From: Lama guanicoe
Lineage: Eukaryota
DNA: 64,000 bases
Assembly: GCA_013239625.1 (NCBI GenBank)
Contig: MU054187.1
Location: 10,995,231 to 11,059,230 of the forward strand
Direction of reading: 5' to 3'
Shown here: positions 52,363 through 64,000 of the stretch, piece after piece
Numbering within the stretch: the stretch's first letter is position 1
How the letters are laid out: the number at the start of each line of letters is the position of its first letter
Made by a program: the position numbers and the translations under genes
The notes under the pieces: generated by a model
What the model was told of the DNA's origin: nothing
The model's input: the letters and a program-made list of their open reading frames with translations, nothing else
The model's database searches: none

Positions 52363-53063
52363 TGTTGCTGAATTCAGGTTCAGTTGCTCGCTGCTCAAAA
52401 GCCAATAATCCAGAGGCAAGTGTCAATAGAAAAGAAAGATATGGTAATCAGAAAAGCCGGCAGTCTGGGGAGAAGGTGGCTTGTGTCAAAGAATCTCAGT
52501 GAATCACTGAGGCAGGAGGTTGGGTTCTGCATTATGCTCCATCGTGTGAAGACTGGCTGGCTCACTCTTCAGAGATACTATCTTGCCTGCGTGATATGCC
52601 TGCAGGGTAGCTAAAGGGGCTGGTGGGGTAGAGAGCTAATTAGTCTTTAACTGCTTAATTCTTCATTCTTTTCTTTTTCTTTTTAATTTATTTTGGGGGA
52701 GAAAGTAATTAGGTTTACTTGTTTGCTTGTTTGTTTATTTATTTATTTTTAACAGAGGTCCTGGGGATTGAACCCAGGACCTCGTGCGTGTTAAGCATGT
52801 CCTCTGCCACTGAGCTACACCCTCCCCTCTCTTACTTCTTTTTGTCTAGGAAGAGAATCAGCATGTCAGGCAAGGCCTGGTGTGCATTCAGGAGAGCGTA
52901 AAATTCAGGAGTTAGTTTCAATTGCTTCATGATCTCACTCCTAGAATCGGGTTCTTTTAAGATTGGAGGGGGGCAGAAATGGGCAAACAGGAAAGGGGCA
53001 AAAGAGCTGCTTTCAGGGTCTAAGATCCTAGGGGGTCACATTCTCCGCCTCGATAAAATTTCA
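52363..53063 (-). mobile_element. ERV1-class solo LTR (LTR39-like), interrupted by a SINE
   Basis: Begins tgttgctgaattcaggttcagttgctcgctgctcaaaagccaata; same opening pattern as 2287; right boundary approximate. Confidence 0.7.
52672..52828 (-). mobile_element. tRNA-derived camelid SINE (vic-1-like, long-tail form)
   Basis: ggggattgaacccagg (B box) and ccactgagcta (A box) on minus; degenerate TSD tcttcattcttt/tcttacttcttt. Confidence 0.9.
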
Positions 53064-55729
53064 GCGAGGTCCTTGGCTTTGCTGGTTCCTGACAGTCACA
53101 AGGAGAGTCTCGTGTCAGTGATTAAGAAGTTTCATCTTACTATTAGCATTTCAATTTTTATCTAATGGAAAGCTCCTCCCTTCCCCAGCTTGGCGGCGCT
53201 TTAGGCTTGAAAGCCTGAAGTGAGTGACAGGTGTGGTCAGTAGTCAGCAGTCGGCAGCCTCTCTCTTCCTGGCTTTGCGCTCCGCTCCCTGCAGCTCTGC
53301 TGGTTCAGAGTTGACGGGGAGGTGTGGGTAGGAGGGGAGGTAAATTCAGGGTGCTGGCTTGTGCCTCCCGGGTCATTCTCGTGGGTGCATTGGCAATTCA
53401 CGTGGGAAACTCTGACTGCCCTCGCCTTGCCCCGTTAGTGCCGCCTCAGCCTGGCCGTTTCCCCGGCGCCTCCGCATCGAGACTTCGGGATGCTCACACT
53501 CACTCAGACCCCAGAGGTGGGGCCTGGGCTTTGAGGTGTGTTACAGGCTCCCGGGTGTTTCTAATCTGTAGTCATAGTTGTGACCTATGGATTTATACCT
53601 GGGAGACATTTATCCCCACCCTCCACACTAACCCTGCTCCCCAGAAAGCAAAATCTTACCTCAATAAAATGGCTTCGTGTTAACTACAAACGATAAGTTC
53701 TATTACCAAAGAGAACAGTAAACGTCTCATGCTAGAGCATCTGCGTTTAGGGGAATAGCTAGCCCTGCTCCCTTCCAGACTTAAAACAAAAACCTGTTTA
53801 TTTAAATATTTAACATGCTGGTTTGGGTAACTTTCCCAAAACAAATTAACAGTTATTTTTTAGAGAAAGCAAATTGCTTGAAAATGTTAACCCCTTTGCC
53901 AGCTTTTCTCTGGCTCTAACCCCTGTTGAGAAAGTTTTAAAACATGATGAGACCCAACCTAGTGAGGATTCTCCAAAATCAAACGACTTATGGCTGGGCG
54001 CTGTGGTAACGCTACACCTCTCCTGTCAATTAATAAGGAGAGATGAAACCGCATGGGTTTTAGCTTCTGTAAAGCAAACAAGGCAAAGAGAAATCATCCC
54101 TTTAATAGTTAAGTCACAGAAACAACGTATTTGATCAGGAAGCAGTATCTTCTTCATTTGCCTAATAAAAATGAACATCAGATGAGCTACGATTCATTTA
54201 AACTGGATATTCCTATAGGTGATCTCCTTAACCGGTAAAGGTAATTAAGATTAACCGACTAGGACTGCCAAGGGAACCTCTTAAACTGTGCAATAACCTT
54301 TCTGCAAATGCCAAATGAGCGTAAACTTTATTTCATTTAATAGAGTGTCCTTTAAAAGATACTTTTACTGTGAGAGTAAGTGCTATGTCAGAGACGGCAT
54401 CAATACTGTTTATTTTCCCAAATGTGGGTTTGCAGTGAGCATTTCAAGTACCTTAAACAAAGGCAAAAGATAAAATAGTCCCTTATACACACATAGCTCT
54501 TTCCATATGGTCCTAGGCTAAACATGATTTTAAAAGCATATAAATTGCTGGCAGGCTTTAAAGTAGATTGATCATAACTTTGTAGACAGCCGAACCAAGC
54601 TGTTCAAAGGCTCTCTCTTTGGTCAAAACTTCAAATGAGAATTCACTATTTGTCAAATTGGGGTAATCTTAGAAGAGAAAATACAGTAAGAGATCCGCTG
54701 AGTTCAAAAACAAAATGGAAACTGTGGTTCCTGGCAAGGGTAACTCAAGCCGGATACATTTTATAAAGCAAATCACGATCTGGCTTCTGGTTGGGATGAC
54801 ATCAACATGAAAAGAACGAATATAGGTCATGGGATGTCTGGGCAGGAGATGTCAAAGAAACGCTGGCTGTGGAACCCTGGCCATTTGCTGCGTTTAAAGC
54901 TGCTAAGTAAAACGTCATCTCTTTCTCAAACTTTCCTTACTCTTCTGTCTTCTCATAACACCTCCTTCTTCAGCCAGAAGCATCTGCCTTCATGCAAAAA
55001 TAAAACTTGGGCGTATTTTTTTCAGAGGTGATTGGGTTTAAGCTGCAAGTCCTACCATGCCTGACCCGGGATGTACTTCCTCAGCGGGAAGAGATGCTTT
55101 TCCTGGGCAGAGCAGAAGACTCATTAGTACACAAAGAAAGCAACCCTCAAGTACTTCATAACACCAAAAAAAAAAAAAATCTATACAAGACCAGGTGCTT
55201 TTACAGCAATAAGGACCTAAACATTGAGCTAATCCGTCTGAAACCATAAACTTGGGAGCCAGCTCAGTCCGCGGTGGTAACCTGTGCCTTTCAGACAAAG
55301 GCTCATTGTTCTTCCTTTGTGATTGTGGTACTTCTCGCCATCTCACATGGCGATGTTACTTGATAGCTATCTGTTTTATTTCTCTATCTGTATACACTGG
55401 AGCTGCTTATTTCTGAAAATGAGGACAGTTGAATTGTCTGAGATGCCCAGCCCCAGCTTCAAGAATGAGGAAGAACTGGGTGACTTCCTCTGTAAGGGGC
55501 TTGGGGTAAATGTGTCTTCCTGATTCTGCTTTTCAGGCTGTTGTATTGTTAAGGCTAATTTTTCGTGGCTTTTCATAAATGCAGAGTTCAGTGCTGTCAG
55601 CAACACACAAAGCATTGACGAGTAAGAATCATCTCCTGCCAAGTTGTCAGAGGAAAGATTATTGTAAGGAAGTGGGAAATTGTTTTTAATTGATTAAATC
55701 TAAAATTGATTAAATAGAGAATAATTACA

Positions 55730-56100
55730 TGTATCAGCACTTACTTTGTCTCAGTGTCAGACAGAGTCTTTCAAGTGTTTTATCTGCATTATTTCTTTAA
55801 GTAAATAAAATACCAATGACAAAGATACTCACCTTCCATATTTTATTGGGGGAAAGATGAGATCTAACAGGGTTAACTTGTTCCAGGTCGTATGTCAGGG
55901 AGGGTCAGAGCTGTGACTTGATTCCAGCGCCAAAGCTCTTAAAAATGATGCCCAAATCTGGTTTTATTAATTATAAAATAACTAATGCAGAGAGTTCTAC
56001 AGGTACCAGCTTTAGATTGATCTTAAAATCGGGGGGAAATCTTATTCTCACATAGGTTGGTTGTGAGAATAAAGTAGGATAAAGCACGATCACTGGCTTA
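55730..56100. mobile_element. MIR fragments in opposite orientations
   Basis: agcacttactttgtctcag...ccatattttattgggggaaagatgagat; ctcacataggttggttgtgagaataaagt. Confidence 0.55.
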
Positions 56101-58047
56101 ATGAAAAACAGCTATCAGCATTTTAGAAGAAACGAGACAATTATCGCTGCAGAGGATGACAGCGACGTTCTTACCTAGTTTAGCATTTGCAGAAAGCTTG
56201 GATTCTTCTTTTATTTAAAGACGCATGGCTCCGTTGAGAGTATCAGCTCTGCGAAGATGAGTGAACGGGCATACTTGAAGGAGGAGGGTAGAGAAGGGGA
56301 AAGTAACAAAAGCATGAAAGCTTGCCTTTCATTACAAATTAACGAAGTGGTAGGAAAGACAGGAATTGGCTGAGGTGAACGAATGTCCTAGAACTTCTGG
56401 GAGCGGCAGCGCCTGATTTCTCAGAGCGTGGGGAACCCTCTGCAGGTCCAACTGGTGCGCCCTGGCACCGGTTAGCTTCCTGGGCCCCCGGGCTCGTGCT
56501 GGCTGCGAAAGACAGTGATTGCAACAAAGGACAAATCATGTTATTATCTTTTCCTCGGCACTTAATGTGGTCAGGGACCTCGTCATTTGATCTCTCTGTA
56601 CAAACTTGAATACACTTGTGAACCCTTCTTAGCCTTCTCTCCCTCTGACAGCCGTACAGTTAAAATTCTTTTGCTCCCTCTAATTGTCATTGATGGCTCA
56701 GAGATCTTAATCTGTATCAGAAGTTGGAAATTTACATCTTGAAGCCAAGGGTGTATTTGGACCTCCATTAAAACCTAAGGGTTTTGAATCCATTTGTTTC
56801 TCCTGATGATTCACAGATGGTTTCTTTTAGGTCTTCTAATAGATCTTGCCTGAACTGGAAAATTACCCTGTGTGGTAACATCTACACTGATCCTCAAGGC
56901 ATTTATATTCTTCTATCATTAAACTTAGAAATGAAACCTACTAATAGATGGTTCACAGATTCTAACAGACACAGCAAACGCATGTTAAATTCCTACACCA
57001 GACTTTCTACTGAAAGAAAAAGAAATGGTGGCATCTGAAAAATTACTCCCTTAGTTGTTTTTTTTTTAAAAAAAATCCCTCCTTGAGTTAGAACGAGTTG
57101 ATTTGATAGTGTAGTAATAGGTTTTAACCTCGCCAGTAATCAGTTTCCAATAGAAGACCAAATTTTCATCATGTATCAAAATGTTTTATTCCCTCCTTAT
57201 GATACAGGCTTCATGCCAAATCAAGAGTCAGTGGTGGTTCTAGAAGTTCAATCACAGTCGAAAGGTGTTGCGTAGGAGCTGCAACTGGATAGCAGGCTGT
57301 CTTGGGACTTGTCTTGAAGCTATGTTAACAGTCACACCATTTTTAAGTATATATTTGTCAGGGTAGATGGGACAGTGGAGATTATGATGACTAAATTTAC
57401 TGCCTGGCCCAAATTACTCCACAATACTATAACTCTCAGAGGTCCAGTGTGTGGCAGAAACCATCGATGAGAGACTGCAAAGGATGTAATCCCAGCCCTT
57501 GATGCTGGTCTGCTCAGGTAATATCTGGTTTTGTGTGGAGTAGCACCAAGTTTACATGAAGAAAAATGTGCCAACTCTAGGAAGTTTGTGAAGACAGAAC
57601 AAGAAAATTGAGAGAGAGCTGAAGTCATGCCAGAAGCACTGAAACTGCTTTTCCTTAACTTTATCAGGTTTCTGCCAAGTGTAGTGGATCACCATTGTTC
57701 AGCAGCAGATCATTATTTTTCTTTTTTAGACACATTATTTTGATTTCTTTTGTACTTATCACATAGAAAAGCAAAATGTACATTACCTCATGTACCCACG
57801 ATCATACAACTGTGTTTGTGATGAAAATGATGCTGCTGAGAATAAGACCATGTAAATCCCTTGTACAGAATTTTATGAGGTCACACAGTCTCTGGATGAA
57901 TCTGTGATTTAGCAGAGCCCATCTCTGCTGTCAGTTCTGTCTAGTTTCCCACTGGGCTGTCACCTTGGACAGTCTGATGCTCTTGGGCCAGTTATTTAAT
58001 CACATCAAGCTTCGTTGACTCATCAGTTAAATAGGGCTAATGATATC

Positions 58048-58260
58048 CAGTGATGTGATGGAGCCAATTCACACTGACTCTTGTGGGTGAGTGTTAAATT
58101 TTCAGGCATTTTGTGACCTGGTTGATGTCACTATGACAGCTCTCAGTGGGCCAGAAGGGGAACAGTTGAATGATAGAAACAGGCAGTGCTGAGATCGGGG
58201 CTTCCCCCGCTCTCCTCCCAGCTCCACAAGAGTCAATTAAAGTTTACCTGCACACCACTG
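58048..58260. mobile_element. MER63-like hAT DNA transposon nested in a MIR (~57950-58350)
   Basis: Termini cagtgatgtgatggagcc / cctgcacaccactg; tgttaaattttcaggcattttgtga; MIR core on both sides. Confidence 0.75.
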
Positions 58261-58431
58261 GTACTGTCAGTCCCACAGGGCTGCTGGGAGAATTGAATAA
58301 TATAAGTACATAAGGCAGTTTGGGATCACAGGAAGTCCTCCAACAATGACTGTTGTTTCATTAATATTAACATTATTACTCAACCTAAACAGCATCACAG
58401 ACTTTTTCTTTTCCTGGTTACCCATTTCTAC

Positions 58432-58516
58432 TGTTTTAGTTTTTTAGAGCTGCTATAACAAAGTACCACAAACTGGGTGGCTTAAAACAACAGAAATGTA
58501 TTGCCTAGGTGTGTGT

Positions 58517-58583
<67 letters not shown>

Positions 58584-59721
58584 CACACACGCACGCACAC
58601 ACAATGGAAAATTACTCAGCCATAAAAAAGAATGAATAATGGCATTTACAACAGCATGGATGAACCTAGAGGTCATCATATTAAATGGAGTAAGTCAGAC
58701 AAAGACAAATATATAATATCACTTATATGTGGACTCTAAAAAAGAAGAAGACAAATGAACTTATTTACAAAACAGAAACAGACTCACAGACGGAGAGAAC
58801 AGGCTCATGGTTACAGGGGGGTGAAGACGATGGGAAGGGATAAATTGGGAGTTTGAAATTTGCCCCTCTGGGGAAGTGATGAAAATGTCAGGTATCTTGA
58901 TCATGGCAGTGGTTTCATAAGTGTATACATCTATCAATTCATCAAATGGTACATCTGAAATATATGTAGTTTAGTGTACAGAAATTATACTACAATAAAG
59001 TTGTTTAAAAATATAAATAAATGAATGATACAAATTCTATTTACAAACCAAAAACAGACACATGGACATAGAAAACAAACTATGGTTACCAAAGGAGGAA
59101 GGGCGAGGAGGGATAAATTAGGGGTTGGGGATTAACAGACACACGTTACTATATATAAAATAGATAAACAACAAGAACCTACCATATAGCACAGGGAACT
59201 GTATTCAATTTCTTTTAATAACATATAATGGAAAAGAATCTGAAAAGAAAAAAATATATATGTTTGCATATGTATAACTGAATCACTTTGCTGTACACCT
59301 GAAACTAACATTGTAAATCAACTACACTTCAATAAAAAATTTAAAGAAAGAAATGTATTGTCTAACAGGTATGGGGGGCTATCAGTCCAAAGTCAAGGTG
59401 TTGGCAGGGGCATGCTCCTTCTGAAATGTGTAGAAGACTCTTGCATTTTGGTGGTTTTGCTGGCAATTCTTGACATTCCTTTGCTTTCAGCTGTGTAACT
59501 CCACTCTCTGCCATTGTTGTCACTTGGTTCTCCCCACTGTCTCCAGCTACACTTTCTGATAAGGGCGTCCGTCATATTAGGGGCCCACCTTGCTCCATAC
59601 GACCTCATCTTAACTAATTACATCTGCCGTGACGCTCTTTCTGAATAAGGTTCCCTTCTGAGGTCCTGGGGTTAGAATTTCAACATCTCTTTTTTGCGGG
59701 GACACAATTCGACCCGTACCA
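58432..59721 (-). mobile_element. MaLR MLT1 LTR split by an L1-derived insertion
   Basis: gctgctataacaaagtaccacaaactgggtggcttaaaacaacagaaatgtatt, resuming at 59349; ends ggggacacaattcgacccgtacca. Confidence 0.9.
58508..59348 (+). mobile_element. Composite L1-derived insertion (three L1 3' modules) with 16-bp TSD
   Basis: TSD AGAAATGTATTG(C/T)CTA at 58492-58507 and 59349-59364; (ACATAT)n at ~58516-58580; two AATAAA-terminated L1 ends. Confidence 0.85.
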
Positions 59722-60708
59722 TCTGTCTAGCACCGTTTGAAGTTGCCTCTCCGTCTGCCTTTCCAGCACTGCTCAGCTCAGCTCTGCCAGTCAGTCTGTC
59801 TCAGTTTGCTCTGGACTCTGATAAAATGAAGTTATGATAAGACATATTTCCATGCTGGGAAAAAAAAAAACGCATCGCTTTAGATCGCTACTGGGGTGGT
59901 TTACACTGAAGAAAAAAAGTACATTTATAAAGCAGTACAGGTTGGCCATTGTCCTATACGCATAAGTTGCAGAGATGAAAGACGGCTTGGCCCCCGAGGA
60001 GCTGAGTAGGGGAAATGGCTGTGCAAACAAACGCAAGACACTGTGGTGGCCGCGTGCAGGAGCTCGGAGCCTCAGAAGCATATGAGATACAGGGCTGGTG
60101 GACTCCTGGGGCAGGTAGGCAGGCAAGGCCAGAAAAGCTTCACTGCGATGGTCTCAGCTGGGCCAGAAGAAGGAGGAGCAAAGGTGAGGCATTCAAGTTC
60201 CTTAGATCCCAGAAGATAAACTGACACTTTCAAAGCCGTTATCTACTGCTTGACTATATAAACCTTTGAAAGTCACGCTGCCCAAGAAGAAGCAGACACA
60301 GGTGGCAGTTTTTATCTTTTAAACCAGCGAAAGTCTTAGGTGATCTAGCTTCCTTAATGTGGGCTGTTAGTCTGAGCCATGGCTTCACTGAGCTGTTCTC
60401 TAAGGATTGTTTTTTAGGACTTCCCATGTATTTATCAGAAGCATAACCAGCAATTATTGGCTCCTTCATGCCACCTCAAGATCTTTAAGGATTTTCTTAG
60501 TGTATTGAGTTAAATTGCTAAGAATGTCCTAAGTGCTAACAACCACCTTGCAGGAACCCTGTATCCATGTCTATGAATGGGAAAAATAAAGTGGATAGCA
60601 CGCACTGGCTAGGCAATCACGAAGGAGTCAGTAATAATATAACAAAAAGAGAAGAGGCTTTGGAGTCGGAGAGATTGGAGGCTGAATTCTGGCTCTGTGT
60701 CTTATCTC

Positions 60709-60838
60709 ATTTATTTTTGTTGCGGGGAGGTAATTCGGTTTATTTGTTTATTATTTTTAGTGGTGGTCCCAGGGATTGAACCCAGGACCTTGTACATGTT
60801 GAGCACACACTTTACCACTGAGCCTTGCCCTCCTCCCC
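60709..60838 (-). mobile_element. tRNA-derived camelid SINE (vic-1-like, long-tail form) nested in a MIR (~60640-60940)
   Basis: agggattgaacccaggaccttgtacatg...accactgagc; ggggaggtaattcggttt tail module. Confidence 0.87.
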
Positions 60839-61059
60839 ATCAGTGTTTTATGAGCCGTGTGACCTTTTAGTAATGGTATATCATACGGTTGTTGTAAAAA
60901 TCAAATTAAATGACATAGACAGATTGAGCACTAGACGAGCTCAGATTTCATTTGTAAAGTTCAGTTTTTATAGCCACAAAATGAAGATAAAATAATCTAC
61001 ACTGTAGAGAAATAGGAATGAGTTGATATAATCCATTCTCACACAACAACCTGGTCTTG

Positions 61060-61315
61060 ACCAGAGGGTTTCTGTCACAACTACTCAGCTCTGCTGTTGC
61101 AGCAAGAAAGCGGTGTAGACAATATGTAAATAAAATGTGCCTATGGAAATGTGTCTCTGTTCCACTAAAACAAACAAACAAGCAAACAAAAAACTTATAA
61201 GCATTAAAATTTTATCTCACGTAATTTTCATGTGTCATAAAATATTCTTTTTCTTTTTTTTCCAACCATTTAAAAATGTAAAAATCTTTCTCACCCATAA
61301 TTTGCCAAGCTGTGA
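61060..61315. mobile_element. MER58B-like hAT-Charlie fossil
   Basis: tctgtcacaactactcagctctgctgttgcagcaagaaagc...tagacaatatgtaaat...caaccatttaaaaatgtaaaaa. Confidence 0.8.
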
Positions 61316-61529
61316 CCTATACCATTCCAGCACAACACTAGGGTGTGTGGGCACCATGTTTGGTTGGTATTAATAATCACTACTTGCTCTTGGGTTTTTT
61401 GTTTATTTGTTTGTAATATTTCTGAAGTATTTGCTAAGTTTTGTATCCTGTGATCATACCCACATTGTCTTATTTAACATTCCCAAGAAATCCCAACATT
61501 CCTCTCAGCTGATGAGTAAATTAAGGTTG

Positions 61530-62510
61530 TAATAACTGAGGAAATATTTATTCCCTTCTATATTCTAGAAAATCCTTGGTAGAATGGAAGTGTTGGCCAT
61601 GTAAACAGTGTCACTGCCCTCAGAGAACTTACATTCTAGGGAGGGGAGAAATATAATGAGCAAGTGAAAAACCAAACCGTAAGATCCTTACAGATTGAGA
61701 CAGATTTTTTAAGGAAATAGGAAAGTGGTTATAAAGGAAAAAATTAAATCATCCAAATAAATACTTTGAACAGCTTGCTCAAGAAAGATCTCTGCAATGG
61801 TGACACTGGAACAGAGAGCCAAAGACTAAGAATGAACCAGCCTGGGAAGAGCCAGGGCAAATCCCTAAGGATGTCATGGGTTTGGAGGAGGAAAAAAAGG
61901 GTCAAATTCGGAAATCAGGAGTCCAGTGAGAAGGCTATTATAGACATCTTGGCAGGACATAATGATGGTTTGGACAGGGAGGCGACAGAAGGAGCAGAGA
62001 AGAGTTTGGATATTAAACTGATAGGATTTGCTGATGGAGTGAATTTTGGGAAGTGGGGAAAGGAAGGAATCAAGGATGAGCTACAGGTGTCTGGTTTATG
62101 TCTCTGGCTAGATAGTGGTATGATTTGATGATATATCAATGGACCACAGTGGGGTGGAAAGTCAAGACTTTCCTTTTGACAAGGTAATAAAGATGCCAAT
62201 TATATATTCATGTGGATATTCCAAGACAACAGTTGACTCTATAATTCTGGAATTAAAAGAGAGGTTAGAACTACAGATATAAATTTGGAAGTCATCAGCT
62301 AATGGATGAGAGTTGAAGCCTTGGGACGATATGATATCATCTCAGAAAATACAGATGGAGGCCCAGGGAAAAGGCCCAGGAAAAGGACGCTTCAAATGAA
62401 ACATCTGAGAACTGAGGATTAGCCAGTGTGGTAGGAGCATGTGATGAATGTCCCAGAATTCATGTACAGAGAGTGATTCAAAGAGAAAGAGTTAGTCACT
62501 TAGTCAGGTA
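61530..62510 (-). mobile_element. L2 LINE fragment
   Basis: ctgccctcagagaacttacattctag; ctgataggatttgctgatgga; ggaatcaaggatga; agatataaatttggaagtcatcagc. Confidence 0.82.
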
Positions 62511-63827
62511 GTTAGTTAGTCAGTTCATTCTGGAGAAATACACATCCAACATAGGTAGTACTAAGAGGGAAAACCAGAGCCTGGAATTCTCTTCTCCCCA
62601 CTCTCCATCCTAAGGTGTCATGTTTCCAGATTAACTAACAGTCTTCCCAATTCATTCGTACATTCAAGTTCTCATAATTCAAATTCGAGTACTCTTCTTA
62701 ATGCCCACAGTTGCCTCTCAATAAAGTTGATAATGTTTTACTTTAATAAGATTCTAATTTATGTAGATAGTATTGATTTTAGATCACCTCTCTGCTCTTA
62801 CATTAACAGATTATCGGAAATCACTCACACTCAACTATTTCTCTAGTTTTTGTTAAATTTCAAGAGAGAACAAAAACATTTTTATGTGTCCTTTCCACCT
62901 TCATAGTTGTATTCTTACTTGGATATTTAAAACAAGAAATACAGAAATGTTTCTTATTCCTCTGTCAAAAGGAATAAAATCGAAGTAATTATAATTATTC
63001 TAAAAATACAAAAAAAAATTTAGAATTTTGGCATTTCCCTTGAAGAGTAAAGAATACATTTTATAGTACTTACCCATAATTAAGAATTGTGTGTCTTGGT
63101 TCTGTAATTAAACTGGCACTGTGAAATATTGCTTGTGATTATGTGAATTATGTGAGTTAAATACTGCAATTCAATATAAAGGTGATATACTCATAAAATA
63201 GATTCATAATTGGAAAGTAAGGCTAATTGTGTATAAGACAAGTGGGAAAGAAGAAAATTATGAGACACTGTAATGATGACTTTACGGGCTATTGTAAATC
63301 TAGTGAGGTGATGATGTAACATGATGCTTCAGACTTAAAATACCATGAAGAGATTCTAGTGCTCCAAGCAATGGTCAAAATAGGTTCAAACTACCAGTAA
63401 ATTACTATTTAGTTTAAAATGACTTAAAATGTATTAAAATATTAGCAGTTAAGAGTTTAGAAGATTCACAATAAATGCATGAAATGACTAGCTGAAAAGC
63501 TTAATGTTTTAAAAAAGAATATGTAAAAAAACTCACATGCACTCACATACTCACATTCACACACACACACACAACTCACAAAGTTTCCTTAATACAAGTG
63601 TAATATTTCTTCAAATCACTAACTTTGATCAGCTAGGAAAAACCTAAGAGCTCTACCCACTCTGTGTGTTGTATGTGTGTGTGTGTGTGTATTGTGTATC
63701 TTTGCATCGTAGCTCAAGAAAACTTTTATTCCATTAAAGATTTAAAATTGTTTTGCAAAAAAAGAGGTTTCTAGTCAACTGTTCGTGTCTCTATTCTTTG
63801 TACCTCTACTGTTTACACCTCTATTTT

Positions 63828-63930
63828 ATTTTTATTTTATTTTATTATTTTTAATGGAGGTACTGGGGATTGAACCCAGCACCTTGTGCATGCAAAGCAT
63901 GCGCTCTACCACTGAGCTATATGCACCCCC
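63828..63930 (-). mobile_element. tRNA-derived camelid SINE (vic-1-like, short form)
   Basis: ggaggtactggggattgaaccc...gcatgcgctctaccactgagctata; 13-bp TSD ACACCTCTATTTT (63815-63827) / ACAGCCCTATTTT (63931-63943). Confidence 0.92.
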
Positions 63931-64000
63931 ACAGCCCTATTTTCTATTTTCCATTTGAGCTTCCATACAAAGGTTACCTTTTAAATATTAAACCAGTTTT

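Overview
Mammalian, AT-rich, CpG-poor non-coding DNA (intron or intergenic), most likely camelid (alpaca/llama/camel) judging from four tRNA-derived vic-1-type SINEs and artiodactyl-type L1 3' ends. I could not recognise any protein-coding gene; the supplied ORFs are either degraded L1 ORF2/3'UTR pieces or chance ORFs. The window is dominated by interspersed repeats: old and younger L1s, L2, MIR, ERV1 and ERVL/MaLR LTRs, hAT DNA transposon fossils and microsatellites. Repeat family names are from memory of consensus sequences and most boundaries are approximate. The most informative observations are (1) a 30-nt 3'-truncated, tailless U6 snRNA retrocopy with a perfect 16-bp TSD at ~9950-10010; (2) a 45-nt templated insertion inside an L1, copied from 1,370 bp downstream with microhomology at both junctions; (3) a three-module composite L1 insertion inside a single 16-bp TSD in an MLT1 LTR; (4) two related ERV1 LTRs that both start with CG instead of TG. 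There are also candidate regulatory sites (a strong CTCF motif, two motif-dense clusters, two CpG-enriched patches) and a few exon-like segments of unknown status. I found no evidence for a novel multi-gene system.
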